Source: a virus
Length of the DNA: 12,099 nt
Virus record (IMG/VR): IMGVR_UViG_3300045988_023686
Location: 1 to 12,099 of that record
Direction: 5' to 3' (one strand)
This document shows, piece by piece, positions 1-5,294 of this stretch (positions are counted from its first letter, which is position 1; each line of letters begins with the position of its first letter). The notes beneath the pieces are model-generated. The model had not been told where the DNA came from and ran no database searches. It saw nothing but the letters and a program-made list of their open reading frames with translations. A program made the position numbers and the translations under genes.

Positions 1-22
1 AAAAGGTACACAAGGCACCCCA

Positions 23-61
23 TTTTAACATTTCCCAACAGGTTTTTAACATTTGCTAACA
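23..61. repeat. Direct repeat inside the ITR (two 18-nt copies, 21-nt register)
   Basis: TTTTAACATTTCCCAACA (23-40) and TTTTAACATTTGCTAACA (44-61) share 16 of 18 positions and are offset by 21 nt, about two helical turns. The pair is mirrored in the right ITR. Confidence 0.8.
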
Positions 62-103
62 CACTTTGGCACGCTTTTTGTTGCCGTGCCACAAGTACCA
101 CAA

Positions 104-148
104 TTAACAAGTATTAACACATTTAACACACCGTTAACACAGTTAATT
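104..148. repeat. Iteron-like array of TTAACA(C) units inside the ITR
   Basis: TTAACA starts at 104, 114, 123 and 134, and TTAATT at 143, giving spacings of 10, 9, 11 and 9 nt. Further TTAACA copies start at 25, 46, 211, 234, 244 and 313. The array is mirrored at about 11952-11996 in the right ITR. Confidence 0.7.
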
Positions 149-161
149 TTTCACAAAAGAA

Positions 162-204
162 ATGTTTCACGTGGAACAGTAAGAGCAGATGTTTCATGTG
201 AAAC
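162..204. promoter_or_regulatory. Two copies of the palindromic motif ATGTTTCA-NN-TG(G/A)AAC (candidate operator)
   Basis: ATGTTTCACGTGGAAC lies at 162-177 and ATGTTTCATGTGAAAC at 189-204. The arms GTTTCA and TGAAAC are inverted repeats around a 2-nt centre. Copy 1 lies in the ITR and recurs at 11923-11938. Copy 2 straddles the ITR boundary and is absent from the right end. Confidence 0.35.
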
Positions 205-256
205 AAAGTGTTAACAACTATTAAATTAATTCTTTAACACTATTTAACAAAAATAA

Positions 257-288
257 TTTGGTGGATTTGCAAATTTGACGTATCTTTG
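257..288 (+). promoter_or_regulatory. Left-end promoter, Bacteroidota sigma-A type (-33 TTTG, -7 TAnnTTTG)
   Basis: TTTG at 257-260, a 20-nt spacer, then TATCTTTG at 281-288. The identical 10-mer TATCTTTGCA with the same 20-nt spacing occurs at 5060-5069 and, on the minus strand, at 11822-11831. It sits about 50 nt upstream of the first plus-strand ATG (337). Confidence 0.6.
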
Positions 289-336
289 CACCGTATTTTA
301 GAAACAATAAGTTTAACAATTTAAATTAGGTAAATT

Positions 337-504
337 ATGAACGAAAATTTTAATGAAATTATTTTTAACTGTGTTACAAGTGTTAACGCTTTGATGACTT
401 CTAACGAAGTAGCAAAAGATGACAAGGCGGTTATTAAGTTGAACCGCTTTAAGAAGTGGTTGAACGAATTCGCAGCAGCCAACGGTGTAACAGAAGTAAA
501 GTAA
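337..504 (+). CDS. Small hypothetical protein (55 aa), first gene of the left operon
   Basis: I translated this ORF by hand: ATG 337, TAA 502-504, MNENFNEIIFNCVTSVNALMTSNEVAKDDKAVIKLNRFKKWLNEFAAANGVTEVK. It falls below the length cutoff of the supplied ORF track. It is co-oriented with the downstream genes and directly follows the promoter. The listed antisense ORF 313..522 is probably its shadow. Confidence 0.5.
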   Translation: MNENFNEIIFNCVTSVNALMTSNEVAKDDKAVIKLNRFKKWLNEFAAANGVTEVK

Positions 505-548
505 CACCCCTACAGGTAACAAGAAGTTTAACGTTAAATATTTAAGTT

Positions 549-914
549 ATGGTTAAAGGTTTTAGTTTTGCAAGTAAGTTCAACAAAACAAGTTTCGGTA
601 TTGATACAACAGATTTTCCGTTTGTAAAGTTGACAGACATCTACAACAGTAAAAAGGACGGTGGCGATGATGTGGTGCACCCGATTAACGGTTTGTACGT
701 TCACAAATCCCCTTTGGGTGATTCGCCTGTAATTATTGACGCAGAAAACAAACGCTTGGTAAATTTGCCACAATTCACAGGCGACACAATTCGTGAAATT
801 TTGGCGGATAGTGAGGCGGTCGAAGCTATCAAGGCTAACAAGGTAGGTTACACAATTTATGAATACGATTCTCATGCGAAGAAGTGTTATGGTATTACCT
901 TTGTAGATAAGTAG
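549..914 (+). CDS. Hypothetical early protein (121 aa); speculative ssDNA/dsDNA-binding replication accessory protein
   Basis: The ORF is co-oriented, lies upstream of the terminal-protein candidate and polymerase, and is followed by a strong hairpin terminator. Its size and position resemble phi29 p5 and p6. I recognised no sequence motif. Confidence 0.75.
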   Translation: MVKGFSFASKFNKTSFGIDTTDFPFVKLTDIYNSKKDGGDDVVHPINGLYVHKSPLGDSPVIIDAENKRLVNLPQFTGDTIREILADSEAVEAIKANKVGYTIYEYDSHAKKCYGITFVDK

Positions 915-943
915 CGCAGTGTAGTGTAAAGGGTGATAATTTC

Positions 944-985
944 ACAGGGGTAACAGTATTTTTATTGTTATCCCTGTTTTTGTTT
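944..985 (+). terminator. Intrinsic terminator or attenuator within the left operon
   Basis: ACAGGGGTAACA (944-955) pairs with TGTTATCCCTGT (966-977) as a 12-bp stem containing one G-U pair. A 10-nt loop separates the arms, and TTTTTGTTT follows. Confidence 0.6.
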
Positions 986-1005
986 CATTTTAAATTAACA
1001 ATGTT

Positions 1006-1635
1006 ATGGCAAACAAAAATCCTATAGGCTTCAGTGGTCGAACATTTAAGGCAACGAAAAAAGCGCATGTAAAAAAAGAAATAATAAACGCCATTGAAAG
1101 TAGTAGCAGTTTACGAAAAGAAATTGCTAAAGTATTTCAACAGGCAAACAGACGTATACAGAATATAGAGAAAAATGGTGTTGTTTCTCCCGCAGTTGTT
1201 GCGTTAAATAAAGGTGATGTAAAAGGATATTCTAAATTTTCAATGAAACATGAATGGAGCGATTTAAAAATAGAATATTCAAAGGCTATAGCATTTTTGC
1301 AGCAGCCAACCTCAACCGCAACAGGTACGAATGAATACGCAAAACATTTAAAGAAAACTTATAAGTTATCAGATGATGAGTTTTCTTTAATGCAAGAAAA
1401 GTTAATAGGTAAGATTGCTAGCGTATCAGATCAAAAATTTTTGGAACAATACCTTATGCAATATAAAGACTTTACAGGCGAACTTGAACAGGACGCAAGG
1501 GACGTATCAGACCAAATCGAAAGTGACGCTATAAAAATAGCAGATAACTTACAAAATAGTATTGATAACGTTGGCGAAAAAGTCGAAGAAACAGTACAAA
1601 AAATATTGGATAGTTTTAAAGATTTCGGTTTATAA
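1006..1635 (+). CDS. Candidate terminal protein (replication primer), 209 aa
   Basis: It lies immediately upstream of the protein-primed polymerase, and its stop overlaps the polymerase start (TAATG at 1633-1637). The N-terminus is basic (KATKKAHVKKE) and the C-terminal third is strongly acidic and Ser-rich (ELEQDARDVSDQIESD...EKVEETVQ). This charge layout matches that of the phi29 terminal protein. The assignment rests on synteny and composition only. Confidence 0.5.
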   Translation: MANKNPIGFSGRTFKATKKAHVKKEIINAIESSSSLRKEIAKVFQQANRRIQNIEKNGVVSPAVVALNKGDVKGYSKFSMKHEWSDLKIEYSKAIAFLQQPTSTATGTNEYAKHLKKTYKLSDDEFSLMQEKLIGKIASVSDQKFLEQYLMQYKDFTGELEQDARDVSDQIESDAIKIADNLQNSIDNVGEKVEETVQKILDSFKDFGL

Positions 1636-3842
1636 TGAAAAAGATACCCTTTGAACTACATGCAGAAGTTTACACCCCAAAAGATATTGCAAAGGTTTTA
1701 TCTTTGGCGGTTAACGAAAAGAATTTTACAGGCAATAATAAGGGCGAAAAGTTCCTTAATGTGCCTGTGTCTTTCGATATTGAAACTACATCTTTCTATA
1801 GGGACGCAGACGGTGAAACATACAGTTATGACCGATATATAAAATTAGGCGGTAAAGACACAAAAATGGAAAAGTGTTCTTTAATGTATGTTTGGCAATT
1901 TGGAATAAACGGTTTTTGCATAATAGGTCGAACTTGGGACGAATTTATTAAAATGTTGTCTGAGATAGTAACTTTGCTAGATTTAAACCAAAAAAGACGT
2001 GTTATTATTTACGTTCACAATTTGGCTTATGAGTTTCAATTTATCCGTGAATTGTTACAATGGGAAAAAGTTTTCTCTATAGATTTACGCAAACCGATTT
2101 ACGGAATAACTAAAGACGGTTTAGAGTTTAGATGTAGTTACCTGTTATCGGGTTATTCGTTGGCAAAGTTGGGAGAACAGTTACACACTTACAAGTGTGA
2201 GAAATTAGTTGGCGATTTAGACTACAGTCTATTGCGTCACAGTCAAACACCGTTAACGCAAAAAGAAATTGGTTACTGTTTGAACGATATAAAAGTAGTT
2301 ATGTGTTATGTACAGGAATTAATAGAACGTTACAAGGGAATAACGAAATTACCTTTGACAAAAACAGGTTTTGTTCGTAAATATTGTCGTTCTGTATGCT
2401 TCAAGACAACTGACGAAACAGGCAAGACAACACCAAACTTTAAGTATTTCGATAAAATACACGATTTAAATATAACAGGTATCGAAGAATTTGAAATGTT
2501 GCAACGTGCTTTCTCGGGCGGCTTTACTCATGCAAATGCAAAGTATACTGACGAAGTTATGGAAAACGTAGATAGTTACGACTTTACAAGTAGTTACCCG
2601 TATGTTATGGTATCAGAAAAGTTTCCGATGAGCACAGGGGTTTTTGTTCCTGTTAAATCTATAAAACAGTTTGAATTTATGACTAACAAATTTTGTTGTG
2701 TCTTTGATATTGAGATAACAAACATTTTTGCTAAATCAGAAAACGAAAACCCCATATCGGTAAGTAAGTGTTTCGTGAAAGAAAATGTTTCTGAAAATAA
2801 CGGTCGTTTGGTTTGCGCTAGTAAAATATGTATGACTATAACAGAAATAGACTTTAAAGTCTTTTCGCAGTTTTATTCTTGGGAGCGTATACGAATAGGC
2901 AAAATGATTTGTTACAGAAAAGAGTATTTGCCGACTGAATTTGTGAAATCAATTTTGCACCTGTATGAAATGAAAACCAAACTAAAGGGTGTAAAGGGAA
3001 AAGAAGTTGAATACTTGAATAGCAAAGAAATGCTAAACAGTTGTTACGGTATGAGCGTCACAAACCCTTTGCGTGATGAGATTTTATGTGACGGTGAAAA
3101 TTGGGACGTGGAACACCTAACAGGCGAAAAACAGTTAGAAATGTTAAGCAAATACAACGACAGTAGAAACAGATTTCTTTTTTACCCTTGGGGTATTTAT
3201 GTAACGGCTTATGCAAGACGGAACCTATTTACAGGTATTTCAGAATGTGGGGACGACTATATATATAGTGATACCGATAGCGTTAAGATAATGAACGGTG
3301 ACGCACACAAAGAGTATTTCAAGCTATACAATGATTTAGCGCAACAGAAATTACGTGCTGCATGTAAGTTTCATAAAATACCCTTTGAAAAGGTTGAACC
3401 TGTAACGATAAAAGGAATAGCAAAACCGCTTGGTGTTTGGGATTATGAGGGACGATACAGACGTTTCAAAACTTTAGGCGCTAAAAGATACATGGTAGAA
3501 GAAGAAAATGCCCTTACTGTTAACGGTAAAAATTATGATTACAGTATGACAGTTTCGGGTGTTAACAAAAAATCTGCTATACCCTACATGTTAGAAACTT
3601 TCGGGGAAAAAGGTATCTTTGACGCTTTTACCAATTACTTAGACATACCGCCAACGGCAACAGGTAAGAATATTCATACATATATAGATTATGAGCAGAC
3701 AGGTACAATAAAAGACTATAAAGGGGTTATTTCAAGTTACGACACAGTAACAGGGGTACACTTAGAACCAACAGGTTATACACTTAGTCTTTCAGTACTT
3801 TATATAAATTATTTAATGGGAATAAGATTAAAAAAGGAATAA
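1635..3842 (+). CDS. Protein-primed family-B DNA polymerase (phi29 gp2-like), 735 aa
   Basis: All signature motifs are present and in order:
- Exo I: FDIETT (D48, E50; nt 1776).
- Exo II: YVHNLAYEFQF.
- Exo III: YCLNDIKV.
- Motif A: DFTSSYPYVM.
- Motif B: KEMLNSCYG.
- Motif C: YSDTDS (nt 3264-3281).
- KxY: GAKRYM.
Long stretches align with phi29 DNAP as I remember it, for example RAFSGGFT and PWGIYVTAYAR. Confidence 0.95.
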   Translation: MKKIPFELHAEVYTPKDIAKVLSLAVNEKNFTGNNKGEKFLNVPVSFDIETTSFYRDADGETYSYDRYIKLGGKDTKMEKCSLMYVWQFGINGFCIIGRTWDEFIKMLSEIVTLLDLNQKRRVIIYVHNLAYEFQFIRELLQWEKVFSIDLRKPIYGITKDGLEFRCSYLLSGYSLAKLGEQLHTYKCEKLVGDLDYSLLRHSQTPLTQKEIGYCLNDIKVVMCYVQELIERYKGITKLPLTKTGFVRKYCRSVCFKTTDETGKTTPNFKYFDKIHDLNITGIEEFEMLQRAFSGGFTHANAKYTDEVMENVDSYDFTSSYPYVMVSEKFPMSTGVFVPVKSIKQFEFMTNKFCCVFDIEITNIFAKSENENPISVSKCFVKENVSENNGRLVCASKICMTITEIDFKVFSQFYSWERIRIGKMICYRKEYLPTEFVKSILHLYEMKTKLKGVKGKEVEYLNSKEMLNSCYGMSVTNPLRDEILCDGENWDVEHLTGEKQLEMLSKYNDSRNRFLFYPWGIYVTAYARRNLFTGISECGDDYIYSDTDSVKIMNGDAHKEYFKLYNDLAQQKLRAACKFHKIPFEKVEPVTIKGIAKPLGVWDYEGRYRRFKTLGAKRYMVEEENALTVNGKNYDYSMTVSGVNKKSAIPYMLETFGEKGIFDAFTNYLDIPPTATGKNIHTYIDYEQTGTIKDYKGVISSYDTVTGVHLEPTGYTLSLSVLYINYLMGIRLKKE

Positions 3843-3843
3843 T

Positions 3844-4980
3844 ATGAAACAGAAAAAAGAAAAAGTGGAAACACCTAAATTTTACAGTTTAAGCCGCATT
3901 TTATCAAAAAATGCAGATTACAACGTGATTTTCGGTGAACGTTCAAACGGTAAAACTTATGCAACGTTACTGTATGGTATTAAAGAATATTTGCGCACAG
4001 GAAAACAAATGGCATATATTAGACGTTGGCGAGAAGATTTAAGGGGAAAACGTGCCGAAAGTTTATTTGCAAATCATGTGGCAAACGGTGTAATACAGGA
4101 ACTAACAGACGGTAAGTTTAACGAAGTGTTTTACGTTTCGGGTAAATGGTTTCTTTCGTCTTATGACCCCGAAACAAAGAAACGTGTACCCGATAACACA
4201 CCGTTTTGTTTCGGTTTCTGTTTATCAGAACAGGAACACGAAAAGTCAAGCAGTTACCCGAATATAACTACAGTTGTATTTGATGAGTTTTTAACTAGAA
4301 GATATTATTTGCCTGACGAATTCATGTTATATATGAACCTGTTAAGTACAATTATCAGACAGAGAAACGATGTTAAAGTTTTTATGTTAGGTAACACCGT
4401 TAATCAGTTTTGCCCTTATTTTACCGAAATGGGGTTGAAACAAGTGCGAGTGATGGAACAGGGAACTATTGATATTTACCGTTTCGGTGAGTACGGTGCT
4501 ACTGTTGCAGTAGAATATTGTAGTACTATTGTCAGGCATAAAGCTAGTAACAAATATTTCTGTTTCGATAATGAGAATTTGCAGATGATTACAGGCGGTA
4601 AATGGGAACTAGCAGCATATCCGCATTTGCCTGTAAAATACAAACCAAACGATGTGTTGTTTGTCTTCTATATTCAGTTTAACGAAATGACCCTACAGGG
4701 TAACGTGATACAGGTTGAGGACAAAACAGGGGTAAACAATTTTATATATATCCACAACAAAACAACACCGATTAAAGATACAGATAATAGTTTGATTTAT
4801 TCGCTGCAAATGAACGGCAAACCGAATTATAAAAGAAAGTTACTAAGTAACGCAAGTTATGTGGAGCAGCAAATAACAAAGTATTTCGCCACCGATAAGG
4901 TATTTTATCAGAATAACGAAATAGGTGAAATTGTGCGTAACTATTTAATGGCGAGTGCACGCAGTAACATAATTACTTAA
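3844..4980 (+). CDS. DNA packaging (encapsidation) ATPase, phi29 gp16-like, 378 aa
   Basis: Walker A is GERSNGKT (nt 3934-3957) and Walker B is TTVVFDEF (D147, E148; nt 4282-4287). The N-terminal block YNVIFGERSNGKTYA...GKQMAYIRRWREDL parallels phi29 gp16 FVIGARGIGKSYA...GEQFIYVRRYKPEL, as recalled from memory. Confidence 0.9.
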   Translation: MKQKKEKVETPKFYSLSRILSKNADYNVIFGERSNGKTYATLLYGIKEYLRTGKQMAYIRRWREDLRGKRAESLFANHVANGVIQELTDGKFNEVFYVSGKWFLSSYDPETKKRVPDNTPFCFGFCLSEQEHEKSSSYPNITTVVFDEFLTRRYYLPDEFMLYMNLLSTIIRQRNDVKVFMLGNTVNQFCPYFTEMGLKQVRVMEQGTIDIYRFGEYGATVAVEYCSTIVRHKASNKYFCFDNENLQMITGGKWELAAYPHLPVKYKPNDVLFVFYIQFNEMTLQGNVIQVEDKTGVNNFIYIHNKTTPIKDTDNSLIYSLQMNGKPNYKRKLLSNASYVEQQITKYFATDKVFYQNNEIGEIVRNYLMASARSNIIT

Positions 4981-4988
4981 TATCTGTT

Positions 4989-5045
4989 AACAGGGGTTAA
5001 AAATGTTTCACATGAAATAATTTTCCCCTGTTTTATTTGTTTTTA
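4989..5045 (+). terminator. Terminator of the left operon (long hairpin plus T-tract)
   Basis: AACAGGGG (4989-4996) pairs with CCCCTGTT (5025-5032). The 28-nt interior is itself largely self-complementary and contains the third copy of the palindrome. TTTTATTTGTTTTT follows the stem. Confidence 0.6.
5003..5018. promoter_or_regulatory. Third copy of the palindromic motif (ATGTTTCACATGAAAT)
   Basis: It has the same ATGTTTCA-NN-TGAAA core as 162-177 and 189-204. It is located 18 nt upstream of the -33 element of the late promoter. Confidence 0.35.
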
Positions 5046-5067
5046 CCAAATAAAAAAACTATCTTTG
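5036..5067 (+). promoter_or_regulatory. Late/structural operon promoter, Bacteroidota sigma-A type
   Basis: TTTG at 5036-5039, a 20-nt spacer, then TATCTTTG at 5060-5067, followed by CA as at the two terminal promoters. It lies about 30 nt upstream of ATG 5100. Confidence 0.6.
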
Positions 5068-5099
5068 CAGCATTAAATAACAAAGTTAAAATTTGCTAT

Positions 5100-5294
5100 A
5101 TGGACGTAAACGAAATTGCATCATTAATAAGTAACGTTGGTTTTCCTGTTACGGTTTGTATCGCCCTGTTTTTCTATATGGAAAAGCAGAACGAAAGACA
5201 TCAAAACGAAACCGACAAGTTAAACGAAACAGTACAAAGTAACACGAAAGTGTTAACAGAACTTTGTACCTTAATTAAAACACTAATTAAGTAA
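5100..5294 (+). CDS. Small membrane protein, YvrJ-like (64 aa); holin candidate
   Basis: I chose ATG 5100 instead of the track's TTG 5037, which would place the promoter inside the ORF. The protein has one N-terminal hydrophobic helix (ISNVGFPVTVCIALFFYM) followed by a charged coiled-coil-like tail. The LISNVGFP...Y pattern resembles the YvrJ family (PF12841), as recalled from memory. I saw no comparable transmembrane segment in any other protein in this window. Confidence 0.7.
   Translation: MDVNEIASLISNVGFPVTVCIALFFYMEKQNERHQNETDKLNETVQSNTKVLTELCTLIKTLIK

Larger units (their letters stand above)
1..194. repeat. Left inverted terminal repeat (genome terminus)
   Basis: Nt 1-194 are the exact reverse complement of nt 11906-12099, compared base by base. 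The first mismatch is 195 vs 11905. It starts 5'-AAAAGG and contains no ORF. Confidence 0.97.

Noticed and set aside
248-255. Outward-facing TATTTTTG (minus strand; mirrored at 11857-11864) as a promoter transcribing the ITR
   Set aside because: The nearest upstream TTTG on that strand is only 14 nt away instead of 19-21 nt. The sequence also lies within the A/T-rich block just upstream of the inward promoter. I keep it only as a speculative note under the pRNA finding.
313-522. 69-aa minus-strand ORF at the left end
   Set aside because: It is antisense to a promoter-proximal plus-strand ORF (337-504) that fits the operon layout. No minus-strand promoter faces it. Its product is Cys/Val/Leu/Phe-rich, as is typical of the shadow frame of an AT-rich coding strand.
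534-875. 113-aa minus-strand ORF
   Set aside because: It lies entirely antisense to the 121-aa plus-strand gene (549-914), and it has no promoter or terminator context on the minus strand.
5037-5099. TTG start at 5037 for the 85-aa version of the small membrane protein
   Set aside because: The extension would cover the terminator T-tract and both elements of the late promoter (5036-5067). ATG 5100 lies about 30 nt downstream of the -7 box and begins the YvrJ-like sequence.
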